From Chloroflexota bacterium (GTDB lineage: Bacteria > Chloroflexota > UBA11872 > VXOZ01), in the NCBI GenBank assembly GCA_965221905.1, contig OZ244922.1, positions 3,456,011 to 3,520,010 on the forward strand: a stretch of 64,000 nucleotides of DNA, given 5' to 3'. The notes beneath the pieces are model-generated. The model made no database searches and had not been told where the DNA came from. It worked only from the letters and a program-made list of their open reading frames with translations. The position numbers and the translations under genes were made by a program. Shown here piece after piece: positions 48,287-57,331 of this stretch (position 1 is its first letter; the number at the start of each line of letters is the position of its first letter).

Positions 48287-49675
48287 ATGAAATCTCGAAT
48301 TTCGAGACGGACGATCCTCGGCGGCATGGGCGTTGGTATCGCTGCCACGCTCGCGGCGGCCTGCGGCGCAGGCGCCGGCATGGCTCCGGACGGTGACACG
48401 CCTGCGGAGTCTGAAGGCGAGATGGAAGCCAAAGACACCATGATGGAAAAGCAGAAGGTGCTCTATTGGTCCCACACTACTCAGCCGTTCCATGAGGGCA
48501 TCGGCGCCGAGATGGTCGCTGAGTTCAACGAGTCACAGGATGCTGTCGAGGTATTCGCCGTCGGTACCGCGTACGGCGATACCAAGAGCAAGCTCCCCAC
48601 CGTGGTCGCGGCGGGCAGCGCCCCTGACATCTCGTTCCTCGACCGCTACATCACCAAGTCGCACGCCGCAGTGGGCGCGACTATGGATATCACGCCCTTC
48701 GTGAAAGCCTCCAGCGTTATGCAGCCGGACGACATTTGGGAGCGCATCCTGAATGACGTGACCTATAAGGGCCGCCACTTTGGCTGGCCGTGGGGCCCGG
48801 ACACCCGCACGCTCTTCCTGAACCACGACATTCTGATCGAGGTCGGCCTCGATCCGGAAGAACCGATCGGGGACTGGGAAGCCTTTCACGCCGCGTCGAG
48901 CAAGATTCACACGCTAGAAGGCGAGAACATTACCCGCCTGGGCTTTGTGCCAAACTGGGGCAGCGCCGGTATCATTGCCGGTTGGATGATTCCTTATTGG
49001 CAGCAAGGCATGGATCTCACCAGCGCTGACGAGTCCAAGGCTACCATGGACAATGCGGAGATGGTTGCGGCGCTTGAGCACAGCACCCGCTTCTACGACG
49101 CGCAAGGCGGCTGGGACGCCGTGCAGGCCTTCCGCGGCGATTTGTCGCCAGCACTGGTGTTTACCGGCGGTGGCGTCGGCATGTTCTTTGATACATACAG
49201 CACGCCCAAAAATACGGCGTTCGCTGAGGAATACGCCAAGATCGACTACAGCGTGGTCTTCGAGCCGTATCCTGACGACGGCGAGCCCGCGACCTACGGC
49301 GGTGGCTGGTCCAACGTCATTCCCACCGGCGCGAAGTCCGCTGAGGGCGCATTCAAGTTCCTCGAGTTCCTCTTCTTGGAGCCGCAGGACCGGCGCTGGG
49401 CCGATCGCTGGGACCGCATTCCGGTGCGCAAGTCCGTTGGCCGGAGCGATGCGTACATCCAGGGTGACCCTGACCGCGCACACGCCATCGATGAGATGCC
49501 GGGCGCGCACTGGGTGGTCTCCGCGGCAGGCGGCCCCGACATTCTCGGCGCGCACATCCAGCTCAGCCGGGATGCCTGGCAGCACCTGAAGACCATCCCC
49601 GAGGCCATAAAAGAGGCCGAAGCAAAGACCCAGCAACTGATGGACGAGTGGGAAGCCAACTCCGTCGTACAGTAA
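48287..49675 (+). CDS. ABC transporter solute-binding lipoprotein (Tat signal)
   Basis: SRRTILG..LAAACG, AGSAPD, GWPW..D...LF.N, GGW; AAGGAG RBS. Confidence 0.88.
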   Translation: MKSRISRRTILGGMGVGIAATLAAACGAGAGMAPDGDTPAESEGEMEAKDTMMEKQKVLYWSHTTQPFHEGIGAEMVAEFNESQDAVEVFAVGTAYGDTKSKLPTVVAAGSAPDISFLDRYITKSHAAVGATMDITPFVKASSVMQPDDIWERILNDVTYKGRHFGWPWGPDTRTLFLNHDILIEVGLDPEEPIGDWEAFHAASSKIHTLEGENITRLGFVPNWGSAGIIAGWMIPYWQQGMDLTSADESKATMDNAEMVAALEHSTRFYDAQGGWDAVQAFRGDLSPALVFTGGGVGMFFDTYSTPKNTAFAEEYAKIDYSVVFEPYPDDGEPATYGGGWSNVIPTGAKSAEGAFKFLEFLFLEPQDRRWADRWDRIPVRKSVGRSDAYIQGDPDRAHAIDEMPGAHWVVSAAGGPDILGAHIQLSRDAWQHLKTIPEAIKEAEAKTQQLMDEWEANSVVQ

Positions 49676-49708
49676 GACTGGATCTCGATCAGACGGTAAC
49701 AGGTCTGG
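49602..49708 (+). repeat. Direct repeat A: 3' end of the solute-binding protein gene plus downstream sequence
   Basis: Near-identical to 55559-55664 (GATGGACGAGTGGGAAGCCA..TCCGTCGT.CAGTAAG..CAGACGGTAA.AGGTCTGG). Confidence 0.88.
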
Positions 49709-49714
49709 GAATAC

Positions 49715-49753
49715 AAAGAGGGTGGCGCCGAAATGGCGCCGCCCTCTTTCCTT
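49715..49753 (+). terminator. Intrinsic terminator
   Basis: AAAGAGGGTGGCGCC-gaaat-GGCGCCGCCCTCTTT. Confidence 0.7.
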
Positions 49754-49814
49754 GCTGACGAATCAAGAAGATTGCTGCTCGATCAATGAGTGCAGGCTAC
49801 GATCTGGCTAAACA

Positions 49815-50348
49815 CTATTTTGCCGATCCGCTAGTATCATTATTCTCTGGCTGCAATCCCATAGGCAGCCCACCGCGAGCCCTATGCCAGTAGGGTTCAG
49901 CGAGCACAACGTTCTCGATCGGGCCTGGTCCTAGAGCTGCCGCCAACGCTTTGTCCCAGTATAGAAACACATCGCATTCCCACCAGATAGCAGTTGCCAG
50001 ATGGATTGCGTCCATTGGTGAAATACCATACTTCGCGCCTAATCGTTGTGCCTTTTCGCCGATCTCACGGTTAACCTCGATAACTTGAATGTATTCGTGG
50101 GCAAAGAGATTGCGCACTGCTTCAAGTTCATCCTCGTTCAACACTTCATTCTTTACCTTGATGCGTCGCACCTCTGCCAGTGTAACAGTGGAAGTGAATA
50201 CCTTGTATAGTCCACTACGTGCGTCCGTCAGAATTCCGTGCGCCACCTCCCATCGCTTCAAGCCGTCAGGGCACTCAATTACCTCTTGCTTAACGTGCGC
50301 AAAAAACACGGATGAGTCGAGGTAAGGCCTTCTGAAGGAATCAGCCAT
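49815..50348 (-). CDS. PIN-domain protein
   Basis: YLDSSVF, STVTLAEV, DAIHLATA, WD. Confidence 0.88.
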   Translation of the reverse strand: MADSFRRPYLDSSVFFAHVKQEVIECPDGLKRWEVAHGILTDARSGLYKVFTSTVTLAEVRRIKVKNEVLNEDELEAVRNLFAHEYIQVIEVNREIGEKAQRLGAKYGISPMDAIHLATAIWWECDVFLYWDKALAAALGPGPIENVVLAEPYWHRARGGLPMGLQPENNDTSGSAK

Positions 50349-51141
50349 CGCGCAGGCTCCGAATATACTCCTCAGTACTCTGGTGGCCTGTTAGGTTAGG
50401 CGCTATACCCAAGGAGTCCTCGAGTGCTGGCAGCTCATCTTCGTTCGGCAATGTGCGATATCGGTCTACGCTTACACTAAGCAGCCTTCCTTCAACGTTG
50501 TAAGATATCTGTCCGGACACGATTACGCGACGCTTGCGTTTCAAATCTTCAATGATCACTTCCTCACGTTCTTCGGGTAGCGAACACCGGACTGCTTTGT
50601 CCGTAACTGCGTGATAGACATTGAAGTAACGGCTTCCCGTGTGCAAAGAAACCAATTCAACTCTGCCCTCTACAGAGCCGATCGTCTTGTAATGAACCCC
50701 AGTGAGATTTTGGAGTGTTTCATCAGACCTCCAGGAAAGCACAGCATCTCTGTTGTGATCGGGCAGGCTTACACTAAGCCCGTCCACACCATTCCGCCCA
50801 AACGCGCGTGTCATCGCCTGCAAATCCCTGAGCATATCCAAATCATAGTCGGGTGGGGCCACTCCCTGAGTTTCAATGTGGTCTATCGCCTCAATGTACA
50901 AGGACCCCACTCGAACGCCAAAGTCCGCTTCCCCCCTAATAACGCGACTGCGCAGTTCAATTGTGCCGCTATTGCCTTCCTTGAGCCCCGCTACCATCCA
51001 CTTCATTGTGCCAATCTCTTTGCCAGACACCGTGCGATCAAGGCGCCGCAGTATCGAGTCAGACTTTTCCAGCACCAGGGTAAGTGAATCAAAAGCAATG
51101 TTGCCGAGCTCACCTTTCACTGTGAGATGCAGTCTTGCCAT
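50341..51141 (-). CDS. Hypothetical 266-aa partner of the PIN protein
   Basis: Overlaps the PIN start; GGAG RBS; VapB-like tail STEEYIRSLRD. Confidence 0.75.
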   Translation of the reverse strand: MARLHLTVKGELGNIAFDSLTLVLEKSDSILRRLDRTVSGKEIGTMKWMVAGLKEGNSGTIELRSRVIRGEADFGVRVGSLYIEAIDHIETQGVAPPDYDLDMLRDLQAMTRAFGRNGVDGLSVSLPDHNRDAVLSWRSDETLQNLTGVHYKTIGSVEGRVELVSLHTGSRYFNVYHAVTDKAVRCSLPEEREEVIIEDLKRKRRVIVSGQISYNVEGRLLSVSVDRYRTLPNEDELPALEDSLGIAPNLTGHQSTEEYIRSLRDG

Positions 51142-51328
51142 TTCGACTCCTCCAAGAAGGCTAGATTCTGTCTTTGGACGGCAATTGACTAAAGAATACC
51201 CTAAGTCTGGGTACAGTTCTATTATTCCATTCTCTCACGCTCCGCAAATGAAATGCTGGTGTTTCAACAAAAGCGCGCGTCTGACACATCAAAGTGAGTC
51301 TATTGCGTACCCCCGGAAACTAATCGCC

Positions 51329-51962
51329 TTAGATGTGAGGCACGGCAAGCAGCGCATTAACGAGGTCTTCTATCTCCTGCGCGATGCCGCCGTGGTGGAG
51401 AGCGGTGCGGATGTGCTTGCGGGAGGTGACGAAGTGCATGCCCTCTTTGAGGGCAACGCCGGGGGCGACCTGCGCTGCGCGTTCGGCTGCCGCTGTGCGT
51501 TCCTGGTGTAGGGCTTCTTTGACGTTGAATAGGGAAATGGGTAACTAGAAGATGAGCTTGTCGAAGTCACGCGTGCCCCACTGGCTGCGGCTTTGCATAT
51601 GCGCCGCCCGGCTACGTGCGGTCTCACTATTCAAGATCACCGTCACGAATTGCGCCTCGCGCTTGCCGGTTGCGGTCCCATACAATTTGTGGTCCAGTAC
51701 AACATTTGAGTCTTCAACAATCGTAGAAGCCGGACGTTTGCCTGCTTTGGCATAGACGACACGCTCCTGCGGGACCGGAAACTGAGCGCTGAGCTCCCGA
51801 TTGAAGTCCCACCGCTCAGTAAGAGTCATTTTCCCGGTGCCGTGTGTGTCCCAAAGATGCTCGGCCTCGCCAAACCATGCGGCGAGACAGGAGTAGCCGT
51901 GATACTGCGGGGCCGCGGCGTCGAGCAGGCGCTTGCTGTCCGATTCCCTGGGGACTACGCCG
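51329..51962 (-). pseudogene. Divergent, disrupted copy of the C-terminal ~200 codons of the type IIG R-M gene
   Basis: Aligns with 58405-59030 (KRLLDAAA, RVVYAKAG, DHKLY, RDFDKL, GIAQEIEDLV); TAG after FDKLIF and frameshifts. Confidence 0.88.
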
Positions 51963-51963
51963 T

Positions 51964-52128
51964 TCACGACCTTTGCTGGACGATTTCGAGATCGAGGCTC
52001 GCGGTGACGTGGAGGCTGAAATCGCTCAGCCTGGAGAGGCGAGCCCGCAGCGTCCGGTTCTCCCTTCTGAGCCTGTCGGCTTCCTCCGTTGGCCGGTTCC
52101 GGTTACGGATAACATATTTCTGCGACAT
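51964..52128 (-). pseudogene. Truncated N-terminus of a probable GAF-type sensor protein
   Basis: LRRENRTLRARLSRLS..SL.VTASLDLE.V resembles a coiled coil leading into a GAF domain; ends at the R-M remnant. Confidence 0.5.
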
Positions 52129-52181
52129 TTCATCGCTATCGTGAGTAGGTAGCACAGATACGTCACGAGATAGGTGAAAGG

Positions 52182-53195
52182 ATGTTTTGCATGAAACTGA
52201 TGACGAGAAAACTCCTGGTTGGGCCGGTCGTGGGGGCCATACTCTCCGCCGTAATAATTAGCGGCTGTGCGGTCGGCACCGGCCTCCGGGACGGACGAGA
52301 TTCTGAGCATGCCACCGAAAGTCGAGGCATCTCCGAGCGGGAAGGCGGCGACTCCGGAGGTGAGCATAGCAGCAAACGCGAAAGCAACGAATCCAACGGA
52401 GAACACGGCTCCAGAGGTGAAAGCGCTAGTACGGGTTCTGACGGCGGTGGAGAGGCCGGCGAAGCCGCAATGTCGAGCCCGATCATCCCGCTCGCACAGT
52501 CGTGGAACGGTGTTCTCGGCGGATTAGCCGTTTCTATGCAGTATGATGCAGCAACCTGGTCTATCCACGGCACCGTACGAAACACGCTCGCAGAGAAACT
52601 TTGCTACGTACAGGCCGAGCCCCACCTGAAGTCTGGAACGAAGACAGTCGGAGAGCTTGGCCCCGATAAGCTGGGACACCTGAACCCCGGACAGGAAGCG
52701 ACGACAAGCCTGTCGGTTGCCAGTGAACTGAAACTTGCGGGAGTATCTTTCAACGGCTACGTCGTGCACATGGAAGTATTCGACTGCAGCGGTCCCGGCC
52801 CTGTAGCACACACGGGAGGAGAGGGTACTGAAGGCAGCGGTGAACACGGCTCTGAGGGTGAAAGCGGCAGTGAATCCGGTGGAGCCGGTGGCGAAGAAGG
52901 TAGCGGTGCTACTACCTTAGCACTGGATGCGACCTATGATGCAGTTCGCAGCGGCGCCAGACTGATCTTGAGTTACGATGCTCCAAGCAACTCTTTCAAA
53001 GGCACTGTGGAGAACACTACCAACGGTGTACTGCACCGGGTCAGGATCGAAGTGCATCTTTCGAACGGAGTGGAACTCGGTCCGACGACTCCAACGGCCA
53101 TGGCTCCAGGCGAGGTGGTAGCAATCAACCTACCTGCGACGCCGGCAGCGTTCACAGGATGGACAACACATGTGGAGGTTGGTACCGGAGATTAG
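52182..53195 (+). CDS. Lipoprotein with Gly/Glu/His-rich linkers and two repeated beta (FxLYD-like) domains
   Basis: IISGC lipobox; GTVRNT..V..E.HL..G.ELGP and GTVENT..VRIEVHL.NG.ELGP repeats; frame continues past the TAG to 53333. Confidence 0.75.
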   Translation: MFCMKLMTRKLLVGPVVGAILSAVIISGCAVGTGLRDGRDSEHATESRGISEREGGDSGGEHSSKRESNESNGEHGSRGESASTGSDGGGEAGEAAMSSPIIPLAQSWNGVLGGLAVSMQYDAATWSIHGTVRNTLAEKLCYVQAEPHLKSGTKTVGELGPDKLGHLNPGQEATTSLSVASELKLAGVSFNGYVVHMEVFDCSGPGPVAHTGGEGTEGSGEHGSEGESGSESGGAGGEEGSGATTLALDATYDAVRSGARLILSYDAPSNSFKGTVENTTNGVLHRVRIEVHLSNGVELGPTTPTAMAPGEVVAINLPATPAAFTGWTTHVEVGTGD

Positions 53196-53461
53196 GGTAG
53201 TGGGTCGGGCGAGGAGCATCGCGCTGGTGGTGAGCATGGCGGTGGCACAGTCGGGCCTCGTAGGGAGCAAACGAGCGGCAGGGAGTTTGGCGGCGAGCAG
53301 GGCAGTGGTGGCGAGCGTCGGAGTGACGGCTAGAGCATATCGAAGTCGATCGCGGGAACACGTCGATACTTCAAGTGAGATAATCTGACCGTGGGCTTAT
53401 CCGGTACATAGACGCAATCCGTGAGGCATCGCGCCTGAGATGCCTCCTAAGAGGACTGGCG

Positions 53462-54139
53462 ATGAGCGGCACCGTATTGATAATCGAAGACGATACGAGG
53501 ATCGCAAACTGGGTCAAGGTGTACTTCGAGCGCGCCGGCTTCTCTGCACAGGTTACTCATGATGGTGAATCCGGTCTCGCTCTGGCCCGTAGTCTTACTC
53601 CAGACCTCATAGTTCTCGATCTGATGCTTCCTCGTCTCGATGGCGTGGAGCTGTGCAAAATCCTACGTCGAGAGTCAGACGTTCCCATAATTATGCTAAC
53701 GGCCAGAGAGGCCCACGCCGAGCGCATCATTGGATTGGATAGTGGAGCGGACGATTACATCGTGAAGCCCTTCGATCCGGAGGAAGTCATTGCGCGCGCC
53801 GACGCCGTGCTTCGCCGCGTCAAAGGCAAAGTTCAGCAGGTTCTGACACGCGGCAACATCACATTGAACGGGATAACCCGCAGCGTGACTGTCAACAAAG
53901 AACCCATAAACTTGAGCCAGGCGCAAATTGCTCTGCTAGCAACGTTTATGCGTCATCCTAACCAGGTACTCACCCGCGATCAGCTCATCTCTCTGACCTT
54001 CAACCACGAGTTCCGCGGGTTTGACCGCGCCATCGACAGCCAGGTCGCTCGCCTGCGCAAGCAGATCAACCGAGACGGTAGCCAGCCAATTCAGACTGTC
54101 TACGGCGCCGGCTACAAGTTCGTAGTCGAGGAAGAATAA
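53462..54139 (+). CDS. OmpR-family response regulator
   Basis: IIEDD, LDLMLP, PIIMLTA, GADDYIVKPF, IQTVYGAGY. Confidence 0.95.
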   Translation: MSGTVLIIEDDTRIANWVKVYFERAGFSAQVTHDGESGLALARSLTPDLIVLDLMLPRLDGVELCKILRRESDVPIIMLTAREAHAERIIGLDSGADDYIVKPFDPEEVIARADAVLRRVKGKVQQVLTRGNITLNGITRSVTVNKEPINLSQAQIALLATFMRHPNQVLTRDQLISLTFNHEFRGFDRAIDSQVARLRKQINRDGSQPIQTVYGAGYKFVVEEE

Positions 54140-55545
54140 TGTCGCTACGTTGGCGCATCATGGGTGCGACCGTCTTGGTCATCGTTCTCACCGTCTTGAT
54201 CAGCGTTGGAGTGGGCTATTACACAACGCAGTCCCGCCTCGGTGTGTTCGTAAGCGAGATAGGCGATGATGAGGCGAGCCGATTAGCCCAGAATCTGAGT
54301 CGGGAGTACACCACTGCCGGTGGCTGGGAGACGGTAGACAGACCGCTGTCTGAGGCAGGATACATCTACGCTGACGCGCTGCAGAAGGAGCGATCTGAAG
54401 AAAGTGAGGGCGAATCCGCCGAGTTCTTCCACAAAGATCCAATACGAGTCGTCATCGTTGGCGTTGATGGACGTGTGGTGAAGGACAACCTATCCGAGCT
54501 GCCCTTTGGAACCATCGCGCCAGATCTGGACGGGCATCGCGAGACGGTGTTCGATTTGACTACGAACCGGCCTGTAGGACACGTCTATGTGGATGTAGAC
54601 CATGCGTTCCTAGCGACTGAGTCGCATGGATTTCTAAACACGCTCCTGTACATCACCGCTGTTGGCGGATTCTTGACGGTGGGCATTGCGATGCTGCTGG
54701 CTGCATGGTTATCCAAAGTTATCACAGCGCCTGTGACCGCTTTGACGGAAGCCACCCAGGCAATTGCTCAGGGGGCTACGACCCAGCTTCCGGTCACATC
54801 CTCGGATGAGTTGGGACAGATGAGTGCGGCATTCAACCGGATGACCTCCACCTTGGAAACCCAGCGCGACCTCCGCAGGCAGTTGATAAACGATGTCTCC
54901 CATGAGCTGAATACGCCGCTGAGCGTAATACAGCTAGAGGCCAAAGGGCTGCGCGACGGTCTTCAGACGCCTGAGAGCGCGTCCGACCACATCATCCAGG
55001 AAGTAAATAGGCTACGCGGTCTCGTAACCGATCTGAACTGGCTTGCGGAGACCGACCATGGAGAATTGATGCTCACGCTGGAAGCAAGTTCGATTCACGC
55101 GCTACTAGCCGCGGAAGTAGGTCGCTGGCAGCCGCTATCTCAGACTCGACAGATAGAGTTGTCGCTGCAGGTATCCCCTGACCTCCCGAACGTGAACCTC
55201 GATCGGATGCGCATGAGCCAGGCATTGGGAAACATTCTGAGCAACGCCATTCATTGCACCGAGACCGGCGGGCATATCGTGCTGCAAACGGGGTTAGAAT
55301 GCGACGAGGCGTTGGTAATCTCGATCAGCGATGACGGCATCGGTATCCACGCCGCAGAACTTCCTCACGTCTTCAGCCGCTTCTACCGCACCGGCCAGTC
55401 TCGTAGTCGTGGGATAGGCGGCACAGGTCTGGGATTGGCCATCACCCAAGCTATAGTCGAAGCGCACGGGGGCACAATTGCCGTAACCAGCGACGGGCTT
55501 GGCCAGGGTGTCACCGTGACTCTTCGCCTTCCCCTGAATAAGTGA
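54139..55545 (+). CDS. HAMP sensor histidine kinase (BaeS-like)
   Basis: Two TM helices, DELGQM..AFN.M, SHELNTPL, NILSNA, DDGIGI, GTGLGL. Confidence 0.95.
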   Translation: MSLRWRIMGATVLVIVLTVLISVGVGYYTTQSRLGVFVSEIGDDEASRLAQNLSREYTTAGGWETVDRPLSEAGYIYADALQKERSEESEGESAEFFHKDPIRVVIVGVDGRVVKDNLSELPFGTIAPDLDGHRETVFDLTTNRPVGHVYVDVDHAFLATESHGFLNTLLYITAVGGFLTVGIAMLLAAWLSKVITAPVTALTEATQAIAQGATTQLPVTSSDELGQMSAAFNRMTSTLETQRDLRRQLINDVSHELNTPLSVIQLEAKGLRDGLQTPESASDHIIQEVNRLRGLVTDLNWLAETDHGELMLTLEASSIHALLAAEVGRWQPLSQTRQIELSLQVSPDLPNVNLDRMRMSQALGNILSNAIHCTETGGHIVLQTGLECDEALVISISDDGIGIHAAELPHVFSRFYRTGQSRSRGIGGTGLGLAITQAIVEAHGGTIAVTSDGLGQGVTVTLRLPLNK

Positions 55546-55558
55546 TGCCCATCCGCGC

Positions 55559-55664
55559 CGGCCATGAAAGAGGCCGAAGCGAAGGCCCAGCAAATGATGG
55601 ACGAGTGGGAAGCCACCTCCGTCGTCCAGTAAGTCTGGATCGCACGCAGACGGTAATAGGTCTG
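55559..55664 (+). repeat. Direct repeat A': orphan copy of the solute-binding protein gene 3' end
   Basis: Encodes AMKEAEAKAQQMMDEWEATSVVQ* versus AIKEAEAKTQQLMDEWEANSVVQ*. Confidence 0.88.
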
Positions 55665-55670
55665 GAGAAC

Positions 55671-55712
55671 AACAGGTCTGGAACGGAATCGTTCCAGACC
55701 TGTTTCTATTTT
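55671..55712 (+). terminator. Intrinsic terminator
   Basis: AACAGGTCTGGAACG-gaat-CGTTCCAGACCTGTT followed by TCTATTTT. Confidence 0.72.
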
Positions 55713-55782
55713 AACTAAATTGGCTAGGAAGCGATGTGCGGCGGCGAATATCCATCCCCAACTTTGAGACGTGGTGCCAACT

Positions 55783-55811
55783 TTGACAGTAGATTATTCT
55801 TGAGATATACT
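55783..55811 (+). promoter_or_regulatory. Sigma70-type promoter of higBA
   Basis: TTGACA-17 nt-TATACT. Confidence 0.7.
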
Positions 55812-55829
55812 ACACCCATAGGGTGAATA

Positions 55830-56129
55830 GTGGAAGTTGAATTCAAAACAAATCAGTTGAAACTGTGTTACGAAGAGTCAGCCAAAGCGGTTCAAAAGTG
55901 GGGGCCGGTCGTTGGGCGTAAGTACGTCACCCGTATTAACGAACTCTTTGCGGTCAAGGACTTCCAAGAGGCCTACAACTTGCGTTCGATGCGCTTTCAT
56001 CCCCTGAAAGGAGGAAGAAAGGGGGAATTTTCCATCTATTTGACGGGACGGTGGCGTCTCATCGTGACCAAGGGAAAAACCGAAGAACACGTGATAATTG
56101 AGGACGTGAGTAATCATTATGGAGACTAA
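55830..56129 (+). CDS. higB: HigB/RelE-family toxin
   Basis: FHPLKG.RKGEFSI.L.G.WRLI, terminal EDVSNHY. Confidence 0.88.
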   Translation: MEVEFKTNQLKLCYEESAKAVQKWGPVVGRKYVTRINELFAVKDFQEAYNLRSMRFHPLKGGRKGEFSIYLTGRWRLIVTKGKTEEHVIIEDVSNHYGD

Positions 56130-57222
56130 ATTCTCGCGTGCATTCTCCGATATGCCGATTCCTCCAGGCGAAGTGCTAGAGGAGGAGATTGAAGCTCGCA
56201 GCATGACCCAGAAGGAACTCGCGGCAAGGCTCGGCAAGCCGGCGCAAGCCATTAACGAGATCATCAAAGGGAAAAAGGCCATCACACCGGACACTGCAAT
56301 TGGTCTAGGGAAAGTGCTTGGCATTAGCCCGCACTTCTGGAATACCCTCGAAGCCGACTATCGCATGACACTGGCGCGAAACCGAGAGCGAGAAGCAATT
56401 GCGGCGAACGTGCAATGGCTGGATGAATACCCAATTAGGGAGATGCTCAAGCGCAATTGGATAGAGGCCGGACGAGATAAGCCAAGCAGACTAGAAGCAC
56501 TGCTAAGCTTTCTAGGAGTGGCCGACGCCGAGCCTAAGGTCTACCAGAACGCTGTCGGTTTTCGCATAACGGAAGCGGCGCAACAGAGAGTGTCTATGGG
56601 CGCTCTGGCGGCCTGGCTCCGCAAAGGGGAGCTTGAAGCGCAGCAAGTGCAAACGGCCGCTTACAACGAAGATGCTTTCCGCAGGGCATTAGTAGCCATT
56701 AGGGGGATGACAGAGGATCCGCGCGAGACGTTCGTGCCGGCAGTGAGGAAACTTTGCGCTGAGGCCGGAGTAGCCTTTTGCGTGGTGCAGGAACTTCCCA
56801 AGAGCGGAGCAAATGGCGCCACGCGGTGGCTGTCTCCACAAAAGGCTCTCCTCCAAATGAGCTTCAGAAGCAAGTATGCAGACATTTTTTGGTTCTCGTT
56901 CTTCCACGAAGCCTGTCATCTATTGAACCACGGCAGGCAGCGCCGAGTAGTAATCGACGGACTAGACGCAGACCCGGATATGGCAGCAATGGAAGCCGAC
57001 GCAGACCGGTTCGCAAGAGACTTCCTCATTCCACCTAGAGAATGGAGCGAATTTCGAAATGGCGGGATTCTAACTCCAAGCTCTGTGAGGGCATTCGCGC
57101 GGTCGATCAACATTGCTCCATTCGTGGTGGTTGGAAGACTGCAGAAGGAAGAGTTGATTAGCTACAAGCAGCTCTCGTCGTTTAAGCGGCGCTACGAATG
57201 GGTGATCGATTCGCGTAGCTAA
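56119..57222 (+). CDS. higA: HigA antitoxin fused to an ImmA/IrrE-type metallopeptidase-like domain
   Basis: PPGEVL, MTQKELA.RLG, INEIIKGK.AIT, FW..LE; GATRW, FWFSFFHEACH (HExxH), E..AD.FA. Confidence 0.9.
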   Translation: METKFSRAFSDMPIPPGEVLEEEIEARSMTQKELAARLGKPAQAINEIIKGKKAITPDTAIGLGKVLGISPHFWNTLEADYRMTLARNREREAIAANVQWLDEYPIREMLKRNWIEAGRDKPSRLEALLSFLGVADAEPKVYQNAVGFRITEAAQQRVSMGALAAWLRKGELEAQQVQTAAYNEDAFRRALVAIRGMTEDPRETFVPAVRKLCAEAGVAFCVVQELPKSGANGATRWLSPQKALLQMSFRSKYADIFWFSFFHEACHLLNHGRQRRVVIDGLDADPDMAAMEADADRFARDFLIPPREWSEFRNGGILTPSSVRAFARSINIAPFVVVGRLQKEELISYKQLSSFKRRYEWVIDSRS

Positions 57223-57331
57223 CCCAAGTTGGTTTACACGACTAACCCAAGAAAGAGTCCGACCTAGTCCATGTCCAATCTCAGGCAAGCTTCAACGAGC
57301 GTTGCAGGTAATGAGAAGCAAAGGTAACTCC

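Noticed and set aside
53193-53195. Pyrrolysine read-through at the TAG
   Set aside because: It lies in a low-complexity linker where Glu (GAG) is expected, and no pyl genes are in the window.
49602-55664. Prophage or integrative element bounded by attL/attR
   Set aside because: No integrase, phage or conjugation genes lie between the repeats, and a second interleaved repeat pair fits duplication or recombination better.
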